From NCBI GenBank assembly GCA_043803815.1, contig JAZDJR010000014.1:40389-104388 (forward strand): a stretch of DNA of 64,000 bases, in the 5' to 3' direction. The notes under the pieces are model-generated. The model did no database searches. It had not been told where the DNA came from and saw only the letters and a program-made list of their open reading frames with translations. The position numbers were made by a program, and so were the translations under genes. Shown piece by piece: positions 54,235 through 64,000 of this stretch (positions are counted from its first letter, which is position 1; the number at the start of each line of letters is the position of its first letter). Source of the DNA: Candidatus Micrarchaeota archaeon. GTDB taxonomy: Archaea > Iainarchaeota > Iainarchaeia > Iainarchaeales > JAGVWC01.

Positions 54235-57200
54235 TCAGCGTGGCGGGGTCGGAGCGGGTGAACCGTTTGGATTGGCTCCTGTCGGGTTTGGCGTTGAACT
54301 TGGATTGCTTGGAGCTTGATTACCTGCGGGCCTGCTGGGTGCGGGTATTTCGTTTGAAGAACCGTATTTGACAAACAGCTTAGGGTCCAAGGGCTTAGTC
54401 GCGTAGGTGCCGTCGCAGTCACTCGTCAGGTAGTTTGCTTTTGCGGGAACGTCTTTTGGATTGACTTCGTCAATGGCCCATGTCCGCTGGGGCTGTCCGT
54501 TCACGGTTGTTTCCTTGATGGTGGCGCGGTACAATTTTCCTTTTTTCAAAATCGCGTCTTTTTGCAAATCGCCGTTCGCGTTGACCAACGGCTTTCCGTC
54601 GGGCCCGACTTGCGGCGTTCCGACGACTTGTTCGGTCGGAACATTAACGGGATTTTCGGCAAGGCCGTTTTTCCATGCCCATTCGCCAGCCGCGTTAGCG
54701 GCTGTTCCGCACAAAATTCCGCGTCCGAGGTTGACGGCAAACTTTCTGAACTTTTTAAACCCGCTTAAGTCCGCGGTTTTTCCTTCCAATAATTTTTTGG
54801 CAAATCCGCCCGCATCTTTTTCAAGATTGACCCCGATTTTTTTCAAGGTCGCGTCCGGAACGGAAGAAGCAAGGTCTGAGTAAATTTTTTTGTACGCTTC
54901 AACCGAAAGGTTGTTGATTCCTTTTTTTCTCGGAATGGTTTTGTATTGCGTAAGCGCGCTTGTGGCGGTATTTTTAAAAGCAACTTTGTCCGCGGCCGAA
55001 ACCGTTCCGCCGAGGCTTGTGATTTCGGATTCCATTCGGTTCGCGATTCCGCTTGCAATCGTCGGCAGGTCGGCATCGGTAAACGAGCTTGCGATTCCGC
55101 CCGCTCCGAGCTTTTCAACCAACGCGGTCCGCACCTGTTCGGAGCCGAATCCTTTGGGAAGAGTTTTGTACCCGTTTTTAATCGCCAAATCAAACAATCG
55201 CTTGTCTAAGGCGGGCGCGGTCTTGTCGATGGCGGCTTTGATTGCATCGTCTGCCGCGGCGTCCAGTTCTTTAAGCGTAATTCCCTTGGTCCCGAACTTG
55301 AAAAATCCGCGGCTTTCTTTTTGTGCTAATGCTTCCTTGATAGCGGGTTCCAATTCGCCTTTGATTGCATTTCTCAATTCGCTTCTGGCGCCGATACTTG
55401 TGAATGATAATTGTTCTTTGGCAACCTGATCCGCAATCTGGCTTGAAAAATCCGCAGCCGCAGTTGATGCCCAGACCCTGGTAGTCGTTTTATAATTTAA
55501 CCAGTTGAATTTTACCGGTATCGCGCGGAGCAGTGTTTTCGCTCCGACGCCGCCGACTGCGCTGTTTTGCAAATCGTTAAAAATGGCTTGCTGGTCGGGT
55601 GTTAAGTTGCCTGAATCCGCATCGAACAATTCCGTTATTTTTCCGACTATCGGGCCGATATACTGTCCCGCAGCTTTTTCCATGAATTCTCGGGCTTGCT
55701 TTAATCCGCCGACATCGGGCGCTATCGACCACATTGCGGGAATCACGCAGTCAAACATGGGTCCCCAAAATCTCGCGCCGACTCCGTTGCAGACCAGGGA
55801 AACGGCCATGCAGGCGGGCAAATAACTTTTTGTGGGGTTGGGATTGACGCTGAATCCGTTTTGCCAGGAAAAACCCAAAATGCTTTTCACGCGCTGGCTT
55901 TTAGCTGCGTCGGAATACGCCGCATTCTTTCCTTTGTCCGCTCCGGGTCCCGTCAATAATGTTCCATTTTTGCTCAGGTTGCTGTCGTTCATCGCGTTGA
56001 TGATTTTGGACATCGGAACTTCGTTTTGGTTTCCGTTATCGCTTCCCGCATCGGCTCCCAACGCGCCCGTTCCGCCAAGCCAGCCCGGAGAAAAATAATA
56101 ATCTCCCGGACCTTTGGATTGCAATTGGCTGACCAAGTCAAACGGATGAATGCCGCAGGATTCAAGATTAATAGTTTGGGTTTTGGATTTGCGCAAGGGG
56201 TCCAATGTGGATTCGCCCGTGATTTGAAGCCCCTTTGCTTTTTTGGCGGAAGCATAAAATTCGTTTCCCGTTACGCAAACTTGTGCGCTGCCTGAATATT
56301 TGTGGCTGGTTTCATTGAATGTTAACGGCAAGGAATCGCTGCCCAAGGCCGTGTCCGAACCGGTGTTTCGAAATTCAATGGACTTGACTCCTACCGGAGC
56401 GCCGATGATTTCATCGGCATTTGAAGTCAGCTTGATTCCTTCCTTGACATCCGAAGCCAGATTGACATCCGCGCAGACTGTTTGCTCAGCCAAAACGCCA
56501 ATCTTAGTCGGCACATTCAATTGGATTTCACCGAGTTTTTCCGGAGAACCCAAGACCATGTAAGTGTGGTCTTTGGAAATGCATCCTTTGCCCGACTGTA
56601 TGCGCTGTTTTTTCAAGGCGGAAACGGCTGCTGCGGCTTCTTCGGGCAATCCGCGGCTAATCGGCTGGGTAAAACCAGGATTCGGAGTCGTGTTCGAACC
56701 CGTTGTTGCAGGTGAATTGGCAGGCGGATTGGGGGGATTCGCGGGAGCATTTGCATTTGGAACCCGGTTGTCTTCCGACTGTAATTCAACGCTTGCCAAC
56801 TGAATCTTTTTTGTGTCCAGCGCCTGATTAATCGTTGCAATAATCGTTTTGGGCTGGTCGGTTGAACTGGTCGGGTCCATCTCCAGCTTGATGATTCCGC
56901 CCGTGACTTCGCCGTAGCGCAAAATTATTTTGTTGCCGTTGGCGCTTTCAAACACGCGGCCTTCCTGTCCGTCGAACAGTTCGTTGGCGAACGCGTGGCC
57001 GACTTCCATCAAACGGCTTTCGGTTTCAACTACTCCCGGCCAGGCATCAAATGCATTGTCTCCCGTGAGTCCCTTGTCGACGGGCAAAAAGTTGGAAACG
57101 TTTTCAATCTGGTTGGTGCATTCCGGCGTCAATAAGCGCTGGGTGACATTAATTGACATGACAAATCCTGTGTTGCGCATCTGGCTTTGGCTTGCAAATA

Positions 57201-60200
57201 CGGCTCCGTTAATCGTCACGCGGTATCTGCCGCAGCCGCGAAACGCGTCGCTCAAATAAAGCAGGTTGGGAAATCCCGTTTGCGCAATCGCCTTGACCTC
57301 GCACTGGGGGGTGCCGAAGCAATAATTGACTGCGTACGCCTGCAGTTCCGCGGGACCGGTCTCGGCAATGGTTTTTTGCAAAAGGTTCGGAGTCAATTGG
57401 TCGTTGACCAAAAACAAGTCGAACTGTTCCGGAGTAACCCCAAGTTCGGTAAACGTGCATGCCTTGTTCGGCGCGGTATTGACGCAGCCCTTGAAATTGG
57501 ATAATTCGCTTCCGCCTTCGGTAATGGCAAGCTGGACCTGATTCATCTTGTCGCGCAATTTGGTTGCCAAAAATTCGCTGGCCAAGACCGAATCGCAGTA
57601 GCCTTTGGTGCATTCGGGGCTTTTGGAAAGTTTCGGAAAACTCGTCGCTTCCTTGCTTCCTTTGGCAACGCCTTCTTCCTGGCAAACATCAATTGTGTAC
57701 GGATTGGACGCCAGTCCCGTGGTTACCGCGCTTGCGCCGATTTCAAACTGGGCCTGCAAGCGATTGGAAGAAATAAATTTGTTTGTGGTTTGCAATAATC
57801 CGCCGGCCGCGATTCCCATATTCGGGTTTTTGTAGTCGCCCTGCTTGACTAAGCGGATTAAAAATTCCGCTTCAAAGTCGCGGTTAAGCAGGTTGGTGGA
57901 TACGGGAACCAAAGCCAATGGATTTGGTCCGGCGGTTGCGGGCTCGAGTCCGACGACGCGCACCGGCTCTTCGCAGGTGTTGCGGATGCGCACTTTTTTG
58001 TCAATGACGCCAAATGCGCTTTCCGGATTTGAAAACAATAAGTCGTCCACGGGGCTGAGCACGAGGCAATCAAGCGCGCTGATATGCACCCAAACATCGA
58101 TGGTTTTGAGCTGGTAATACTGGCCGTTAATCAAGCCTGAAACCGTCAAAAACGAATGGACCAATTCTCCTTTGGTTACGCCTCCGCTGGCTTCGGCTAC
58201 CACGATTTTGGGCGGAAACACGACTTGTCCAGGGGCAATCAACGGAACCATTCCATTGGGCACCACGCGGATATTCGCGCTGCCGGTATACGAATCGCCT
58301 CCGACCTGCACGTCCAGTTGCTGGATATTATCCGAACCGATGTTGCGCAAAAACAGCGGGGATGACGTAATCACGGGTTCGCCGCGGCTTCCTTGGCTCA
58401 AATACAAATCGATTCTGTCGGGAGCGGCAATCGAAAAGCGCGAGTCCCAGAGCACAACCGTCAAAGGCAGGCGCTTGGTATAAGGATTGGAAAACAAAAT
58501 ATCAAAATTTTCCACTTGCGGCCTTGGCAGGAAACGGTTCATGTTGTTGACAACCGAAACCGTGGTTGAAACCGTTTCATTGGGCTGGATAGCAAATCCG
58601 GGTGTTTGGATTTCTATTCCCGAATCTTTGGTGCCGCTTTTTGGAATAACTTGCCCCGTGAAATTAAACGCGACGCCGCAATTGTTGGTCACCTGAATTT
58701 CGGCCTGCTGCTGCGTCTGGTTGTAATTCGAATAACTCGGCGAATAAATATTTCCCGTTCCGTTGTACTGGCCGCCGGTGTAATTATAATTATTGTAATT
58801 CGGCGAATTGGGCTGGCTGTTGTAATACGGCTGATAATTGGTTGTGCCCAGCGGATTTGTTGCAGAACCGGCAGACTGGCCCGGCGGATTATTGGCATAA
58901 GTATATTGCGGAGTGTAATTCGCGTTGTAAGCGCCGGGATTCGCATAGTACTGCTGCTGGGTTAATTGCGGATAATACGGCGCCTGCTGGTACCCCCCGC
59001 TGCCGCTATTGTACGGATAATTGGAATTATACGGAAAACTCGAGCTTCCGTATCCCGTGTACGAACCCGTTGAGCCGGCCGGAGAAGTTGTTCCGCTGCC
59101 ATACGGGTAATACGAGCTTTCAAACTGGTTAAACGGCGGATTCGCGGTCAAAAAAACCGTCAATTGGGAAGGATTAAACACAATGCAATTTACGTCCAAA
59201 GGCTGGTTGTAGGTAACCACTAAGCGCGTTTTAGCGCTGGTTTCATAGCCGTTGGAACCAACCGTTCCATGCACTATTAAATCCGCGTTGCCGGTCAAAA
59301 TCGCGTTCGTGTCCCCTAAAAACACGGCAGTAACATCCAGCTTTCCGCTTTGCCGTGCACTCAAGCTCGAGACCGCTTCGCCTTGCGCGTCCAATTCAAT
59401 CGGCCAGTTGTCCGGCTTTTGGATTTCCACAATCAAATCGTTGATTTCAAACTGCGACACGTTTTGTATTGAAACCGTAACCTGATTTGTAGTCTGGCCC
59501 TGTGCGATTTTCACGGCGATTTCTTCGGGCAATTTCAAAAGCCCGCCTTGGTTAACGGAAATCTGCGCGTTGGCCGGAGCAAATCCAAAAGCGGTCGCGG
59601 TGACATCGTACGTTCCCGCAGTCAATGCGTTTTTGAAATAATACCGTCCGTCCTGCCCGTTGTCTTTTTGGTTGTTTCCAACCGTGCTCAGCGCAATCTG
59701 CCCTTTTGAATCGCGAAGCCGGATAGCCGCGTCGTTGATGATGCGAGAATTATTCAAATCCGCCAAGGTAATGGTGAACGGGTCGCCGACATTAATTGTT
59801 GCCGGCAAAATTGTCATTTGCATTTGCCCGCTTTCAAAAACATTGAAGAAAAAATCCTGGTTAATCACCGCGTCATCGCCGATTACGTGTGCGGTAATGC
59901 TTGCGTTGCCGGTCTGCACGGCCTTGAAATACAGGCGCACGGTGCGCGACTGGTTGGGCAAAGCATGCACATCATTGACTTCGATTTGGGTTTCCTGCGA
60001 ATCGTTAAAATCCAAAAAATTCGTAAAGGTCTGCACTTCCGCGCCCATAAAAAACAGGTGCGGGTCGGCCGTGGAAGTTTGTGCATTGACCAATATTACC
60101 TGGTCGGTCTTGGAGCGCACGGTCACTTCCAAAGCGTAAATCCGTCCCTTTAACGCGGTAAAATTTTTCGGGCTGACTCTTCCGTCTTCCTGCGAAACAA

Positions 60201-62589
60201 AACCGAAGTCCGCGCACACGCCGTTGTTGCATTGCCCTTCTCCGGAAAACAGGGATACTTCGTCATCCAAAGTTTTGGCGTACAAACCCGTTTTTGCGGG
60301 AGTAAACTTGTGGGCTCCTAATTCCGAATCTTCGGGCTGCCTAAAATACTGGTCTGAAACAATGCTCCAAGCGCGAAAGTGAACCGGAATCGAAGTTGGG
60401 CCCGCGCCTTCCTTTAACTGCACTTTTACTTTGATTAAACTCGAGCCGGTGGGTTTGTCCCAGTACAATTCCAGCCATTTGTTCAAAGAACCCGCTTTTC
60501 CCGCATTGCCAAAATCCAATGCTTCGTTTCCCGGAGACGGGAAAGCCGTGTAGCTTCGGCCGTAAAAAAAACTCGTTACTCCGCCCGCGTCAAAGCCCGT
60601 TATTCCCGCGACATCGGATTCCACAAACTTGACCTGGTCGCTGCCCAATCGCACATGGATTCCGCCGCGATAATCCCCCGCAGGCCAGTTCACCTGAAAC
60701 GACAGCCAATAATCCGTATTCGGCTTGATTCCCGAAACCGGCTGGCCGCCGGCATCAACGGTTCCCAAAAATTGAATATTCGGCGCCAATTCCTGCGAAC
60801 CGCTTTTAATCCAGCGCACCACGATTTCTTTTATGCCTTCCACGTTCGCCTGCTGGTTAAACGTATTCCCATCGGGAGCCGTAATCGTAATGTCCACGAT
60901 TTTATAAGTGCGTGCGTCAAACAACGCGGTTCCCATTTCCGTCAGGTTGGCGTCCAATAATTTCACGCTGTTTAGGCTTTTGATTAATACTCTGCCGGGG
61001 CCGAACGGATTTGAGTCCTCGTTTAAGACGCGCAGCAATTTGGCGGTATCCAATGGCTGCATTTTTATCGGCAAACTGTTGTCCTTGTTGGCTACCATTA
61101 AAATGGTTCCCTGTCCGAACTCGACTCCCTTTTGCGCTTCCGCAAGAATCGTAATGTTTGCGGGCATAATCGCGGTTGCAAAACCGTCATACTCCGTTGT
61201 TTTGGCGGGAAGCCCAAGGGGAAATTTTCTGCCCGCAACAGATTCAAAATAATTCAAGGACGCGCCGGGAGAGGCAAAGCCCGTCGAGTCGGTCACGATA
61301 ATATTTAATGTTCCCGTGTTTTCCGGGGATTGTCCCGGCAAATACAACTTGATGTCCGAAGTGTCAAACGGGGTAAACTCCACGGTCTGCGGCAAAAACG
61401 TTTCCTTAAAAGCCGTGACAAAATAATTCTGGTCGCTGGCCAGATTGACGAATTCCACGCGGCCCGCGTACGGCGTTGTTTTTTCGTCGATTAAATTCGC
61501 CTGGCTGTCGTACAATCCGACGGTTGCGTTGAACATTTCCGCGTTGGAGTCCAGCGAATACACAGTGACTCCGAGTTTGGTTCCGCCCTGTTCGAGTTCC
61601 AGATTAATCGTCTGGGGATCGGAGCGCAAAGTCTGCTCTTCGGTCGCCAAAATCGAATAGCCCGCTTTTTGGCAGATGATTTTGAAAACCGTTCCCTTGG
61701 GCAGGTCCAATACGAACTGGCCGTTGACGGTCCGCGCTTCCGCAAACGACTGATTAGTCTGCGGATTAACAATTTTTAACAGTACATCCGAAAGCGGGGA
61801 CTTGCTTTGCTTGTCAAACGTATTCACAATCAAATTGGCCTGTCCAAACGACGCGGTGGATTTTGGAACGAGTGAAATCGTCGGAACCGAACCCGCCGAA
61901 AACTTGAAGGTCTGCTGCAATTCCTCGTAATTGTCCGCCTTGACTTCAATCCGAACATCCTCGTTGGCGGGAATACCCAATGCCTGAAAATTCCCGTTGG
62001 AATCCGTCACGTCCGAGCGCACAAAATTCGAGCCCCAGCGCAAGGTGACCTGCGCACCGGAAATCGGCCGGCCGCTTTCGCCGTCAATCAGGCGAAAACG
62101 CGCGGCAATGGATTGGATAATCCGGTTGAATTGCAAAGGCGTGTCGATTCGGCTGTTGTTCACTTTTATTTTGGCGGAAGAATTTTCATATCCTTCCTTG
62201 GAAGCGGCTATTGCCAGTTCCGCTCCGGCCGCGACCCCCTTGAGTTCGATTAAGTCCCCGTGGTTTTTTTTTCCTGAAAAAAGCGTTTGGCCCGAGGCCG
62301 AGTCGGTTACCAAAACATTGACTCCCGACAAAGTCTGCCCCGCATCATCATGCAAAGACAAAGCAAGGACGGTTGCGGAGCCCGAATTGAAAAAAAACAG
62401 CCAGCCGATAAGCGAAAGAATAACAATCAATAACGCTACGGTTACGGGAAACGCGGGAATTCCTTTTTCCTCCAAAAAATTGGTGTACCCGTAAATCGGG
62501 ATTCCCTTGTCTTCCAAAAAATCGCAAAAATCGAAAAATTTGTCTTCGGCAGCCGTATACCCATTTGAAAAAAACTGTCCAATTCCCAT
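54235..62589 (-). CDS. Giant membrane-anchored surface protein 3 (2784 aa)
   Basis: Same leader and repeats; Tyr/Asn/Gln-rich insert; GYCDS motif; C-terminal Ala/Lys-rich helical domain bounded by hydrophobic segments. Confidence 0.88.
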   Translation of the reverse strand: MGIGQFFSNGYTAAEDKFFDFCDFLEDKGIPIYGYTNFLEEKGIPAFPVTVALLIVILSLIGWLFFFNSGSATVLALSLHDDAGQTLSGVNVLVTDSASGQTLFSGKKNHGDLIELKGVAAGAELAIAASKEGYENSSAKIKVNNSRIDTPLQFNRIIQSIAARFRLIDGESGRPISGAQVTLRWGSNFVRSDVTDSNGNFQALGIPANEDVRIEVKADNYEELQQTFKFSAGSVPTISLVPKSTASFGQANLIVNTFDKQSKSPLSDVLLKIVNPQTNQSFAEARTVNGQFVLDLPKGTVFKIICQKAGYSILATEEQTLRSDPQTINLELEQGGTKLGVTVYSLDSNAEMFNATVGLYDSQANLIDEKTTPYAGRVEFVNLASDQNYFVTAFKETFLPQTVEFTPFDTSDIKLYLPGQSPENTGTLNIIVTDSTGFASPGASLNYFESVAGRKFPLGLPAKTTEYDGFATAIMPANITILAEAQKGVEFGQGTILMVANKDNSLPIKMQPLDTAKLLRVLNEDSNPFGPGRVLIKSLNSVKLLDANLTEMGTALFDARTYKIVDITITAPDGNTFNQQANVEGIKEIVVRWIKSGSQELAPNIQFLGTVDAGGQPVSGIKPNTDYWLSFQVNWPAGDYRGGIHVRLGSDQVKFVESDVAGITGFDAGGVTSFFYGRSYTAFPSPGNEALDFGNAGKAGSLNKWLELYWDKPTGSSLIKVKVQLKEGAGPTSIPVHFRAWSIVSDQYFRQPEDSELGAHKFTPAKTGLYAKTLDDEVSLFSGEGQCNNGVCADFGFVSQEDGRVSPKNFTALKGRIYALEVTVRSKTDQVILVNAQTSTADPHLFFMGAEVQTFTNFLDFNDSQETQIEVNDVHALPNQSRTVRLYFKAVQTGNASITAHVIGDDAVINQDFFFNVFESGQMQMTILPATINVGDPFTITLADLNNSRIINDAAIRLRDSKGQIALSTVGNNQKDNGQDGRYYFKNALTAGTYDVTATAFGFAPANAQISVNQGGLLKLPEEIAVKIAQGQTTNQVTVSIQNVSQFEINDLIVEIQKPDNWPIELDAQGEAVSSLSARQSGKLDVTAVFLGDTNAILTGNADLIVHGTVGSNGYETSAKTRLVVTYNQPLDVNCIVFNPSQLTVFLTANPPFNQFESSYYPYGSGTTSPAGSTGSYTGYGSSSFPYNSNYPYNSGSGGYQQAPYYPQLTQQQYYANPGAYNANYTPQYTYANNPPGQSAGSATNPLGTTNYQPYYNSQPNSPNYNNYNYTGGQYNGTGNIYSPSYSNYNQTQQQAEIQVTNNCGVAFNFTGQVIPKSGTKDSGIEIQTPGFAIQPNETVSTTVSVVNNMNRFLPRPQVENFDILFSNPYTKRLPLTVVLWDSRFSIAAPDRIDLYLSQGSRGEPVITSSPLFLRNIGSDNIQQLDVQVGGDSYTGSANIRVVPNGMVPLIAPGQVVFPPKIVVAEASGGVTKGELVHSFLTVSGLINGQYYQLKTIDVWVHISALDCLVLSPVDDLLFSNPESAFGVIDKKVRIRNTCEEPVRVVGLEPATAGPNPLALVPVSTNLLNRDFEAEFLIRLVKQGDYKNPNMGIAAGGLLQTTNKFISSNRLQAQFEIGASAVTTGLASNPYTIDVCQEEGVAKGSKEATSFPKLSKSPECTKGYCDSVLASEFLATKLRDKMNQVQLAITEGGSELSNFKGCVNTAPNKACTFTELGVTPEQFDLFLVNDQLTPNLLQKTIAETGPAELQAYAVNYCFGTPQCEVKAIAQTGFPNLLYLSDAFRGCGRYRVTINGAVFASQSQMRNTGFVMSINVTQRLLTPECTNQIENVSNFLPVDKGLTGDNAFDAWPGVVETESRLMEVGHAFANELFDGQEGRVFESANGNKIILRYGEVTGGIIKLEMDPTSSTDQPKTIIATINQALDTKKIQLASVELQSEDNRVPNANAPANPPNPPANSPATTGSNTTPNPGFTQPISRGLPEEAAAAVSALKKQRIQSGKGCISKDHTYMVLGSPEKLGEIQLNVPTKIGVLAEQTVCADVNLASDVKEGIKLTSNADEIIGAPVGVKSIEFRNTGSDTALGSDSLPLTFNETSHKYSGSAQVCVTGNEFYASAKKAKGLQITGESTLDPLRKSKTQTINLESCGIHPFDLVSQLQSKGPGDYYFSPGWLGGTGALGADAGSDNGNQNEVPMSKIINAMNDSNLSKNGTLLTGPGADKGKNAAYSDAAKSQRVKSILGFSWQNGFSVNPNPTKSYLPACMAVSLVCNGVGARFWGPMFDCVIPAMWSIAPDVGGLKQAREFMEKAAGQYIGPIVGKITELFDADSGNLTPDQQAIFNDLQNSAVGGVGAKTLLRAIPVKFNWLNYKTTTRVWASTAAADFSSQIADQVAKEQLSFTSIGARSELRNAIKGELEPAIKEALAQKESRGFFKFGTKGITLKELDAAADDAIKAAIDKTAPALDKRLFDLAIKNGYKTLPKGFGSEQVRTALVEKLGAGGIASSFTDADLPTIASGIANRMESEITSLGGTVSAADKVAFKNTATSALTQYKTIPRKKGINNLSVEAYKKIYSDLASSVPDATLKKIGVNLEKDAGGFAKKLLEGKTADLSGFKKFRKFAVNLGRGILCGTAANAAGEWAWKNGLAENPVNVPTEQVVGTPQVGPDGKPLVNANGDLQKDAILKKGKLYRATIKETTVNGQPQRTWAIDEVNPKDVPAKANYLTSDCDGTYATKPLDPKLFVKYGSSNEIPAPSRPAGNQAPSNPSSTPNPTGANPNGSPAPTPPR

Positions 62590-62798
62590 GGTCTTACCCG
62601 TTAACCGAATACGATTAATTTAAAGTGAAAAGGAGTTTTTATACCTTTATACGGCCAAAGTAGCCTTGCCTTGGAACATTATGGCAGGGTAAAATAGTAA
62701 CGCAATTGGTTGTTGTTTTTTGGACTGCACCCCTAAAATTGTGCTTGTAGAAAAGACTTTTTGAACCCAAAATAATGGGTTTTTTTGGAGGTGTAGAA

Positions 62799-63107
62799 AT
62801 GAAAAAAAGAATATTTTCCAAACAGTTTAAGCTCGAGGTTTTGCAGGAACTCGAGTCCGGCAAAACCGTGGGACAAGTAGGCCGGGAACGCGAGTTGTCC
62901 CCAACCGTGATAACACGATGGAAACGAGAGTTCAAACAAAACCCAAGTCAGGCATTTGCCGGAAAGGGAAACACATACAAACTCGAAGCAAAAAACGCGG
63001 AGTTGGAACGAAAAATCGGGCAGCTCTATTTGCAAAACGAGTTCTTGCAAAAAATCAACGGTAACTTGCAAGCCATGCTTTCAGAAGTAAAAAAAAACCA
63101 GAGGTGA
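62799..63107 (+). CDS. IS3 OrfA (HTH plus leucine zipper)
   Basis: KRIFSKQFKLEVL...V.RE.ELSP.VI.RWKRE; GGAGG SD upstream; A9 run at 63089-63097. Confidence 0.9.
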   Translation: MKKRIFSKQFKLEVLQELESGKTVGQVGRERELSPTVITRWKREFKQNPSQAFAGKGNTYKLEAKNAELERKIGQLYLQNEFLQKINGNLQAMLSEVKKNQR

Positions 63108-63970
63108 AAAAAATGTTGCACGAAAACATTCAAAACCAAAGCTCCGTTGACACGAAAACCGCGTGCCAACTCGCCGGCATGCACGCGAATACCTACCGCC
63201 AACGCGACAAAACTAAGCCCCGCGTCGACCAAGTCACGCGGCACGTCAAACGCATCGCCAAACAGTTTCCTCGATACGGTTACCGCCGCATCACCAAAAC
63301 ACTGCAACGCGAACACTTCAGCGTCAACCACAAACGCGTACACAAAATCATGCAAAAACACGGTTTAATAGCCAAAAAACGCAAAGCATTCAAACCCGCG
63401 ACCACCGACTCCAACCACGGTTTTTTTGTTCAACCCAACCGCGTCAAAAGCATTCGTCCAACACGCCTCAACCAGGTTTGGGTTTCCGACATCACGTACG
63501 TCCAGTTACCAAAAGGCTTTGCATACCTCGCTGTTGTTTTGGACCGGTTTTCCAGAAAAGTTTTGGGTTGGCAGTTATCACGCGACATTGACACGAACCT
63601 AACGCTCGACGCGTTAACGCGAGCCATTGCGTCACGCAATGGACAAAACTTGAACGGTTTGATTCATCACTCGGACCGTGGCGTCCAATACGCGGCGAAC
63701 GCGTACATTCAACAGCTTGACCAATACGGCATTTTGGCAAGCATGTCCGCCAAAGGAAATCCGTACGACAACGCGTTCGCCGAATCCTTTATGAAGACCG
63801 TTAAGTACGACGAGGTTTACCTGAATGAGTACGAGTCGTTTGATGACGCGTATCAAAACATCGAGCATTTCATCGAGGAAGTGTACAACAAAAAACGGTT
63901 GCACTCGGCTATTGGCTACCAGCCACCGGCCGAGTTCGAACAAAAAATATTAAAGGGGGTCGGTGCTTAA
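63104..63970 (+). CDS. IS3 OrfB DDE transposase
   Basis: YGYRRI, WVSDITY, HHSDRGVQY, DNAFAESF and YN.KRLHSAIGY motifs; -1 frame relative to orfA. Confidence 0.95.
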   Translation: MKKMLHENIQNQSSVDTKTACQLAGMHANTYRQRDKTKPRVDQVTRHVKRIAKQFPRYGYRRITKTLQREHFSVNHKRVHKIMQKHGLIAKKRKAFKPATTDSNHGFFVQPNRVKSIRPTRLNQVWVSDITYVQLPKGFAYLAVVLDRFSRKVLGWQLSRDIDTNLTLDALTRAIASRNGQNLNGLIHHSDRGVQYAANAYIQQLDQYGILASMSAKGNPYDNAFAESFMKTVKYDEVYLNEYESFDDAYQNIEHFIEEVYNKKRLHSAIGYQPPAEFEQKILKGVGA

Positions 63971-64000
63971 CTTCAAGCACAAAAAAAGGGGTTCACTCCA

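Larger units (their letters stand above)
62721..64000 (+). mobile_element. IS3-family insertion sequence (1280 bp)
   Basis: 30-bp imperfect terminal inverted repeats TGGACTGCACCCCTAAAATTGTGCTTGTAG and (reverse complement) TGGAGTGAACCCCTTTTTTTGTGCTTGAAG; TG...CA ends; orfA/orfB layout. Confidence 0.95.

Noticed and set aside
1-64000. CRISPR array, cas genes, 16S/23S rRNA, prophage
   Set aside because: No regularly spaced repeats and no recognisable cas, rRNA, integrase or capsid sequence.

Overview
Archaeal chromosomal DNA, most likely a DPANN lineage such as Diapherotrites/Iainarchaeota. This is inferred from archaeal PolB, type II MetAP, HisRS, BHB-type tRNA introns, TATA boxes and many orphans. 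1-19 kb: housekeeping genes, toxin-antitoxin genes and eight tRNA genes. Four tRNAs carry BHB introns, three of them unusually long and hairpin-packed. Two tRNAs are overlapped antisense at their 3' halves by LAGLIDADG endonuclease reading frames. Several pre-tRNA leaders, introns and trailers contain related hairpin cassettes with compensatory base changes. 19-63 kb: a surface/secretion-type region, mostly on the minus strand. It holds a large subtilase, a HerA/VirD4-like ATPase with dead Walker motifs, five small membrane proteins (3+2 paralogs), a pilin-like protein and three paralogous giant proteins (2659-3046 aa). The giants share a novel N-terminal leader, Cys-linked modules and Gly/Tyr-rich inserts. 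A complete IS3-family element ends exactly at the window edge. Two intergenic structured elements are candidate unknown ncRNAs. All product calls come from motif recognition by eye; no searches were run.
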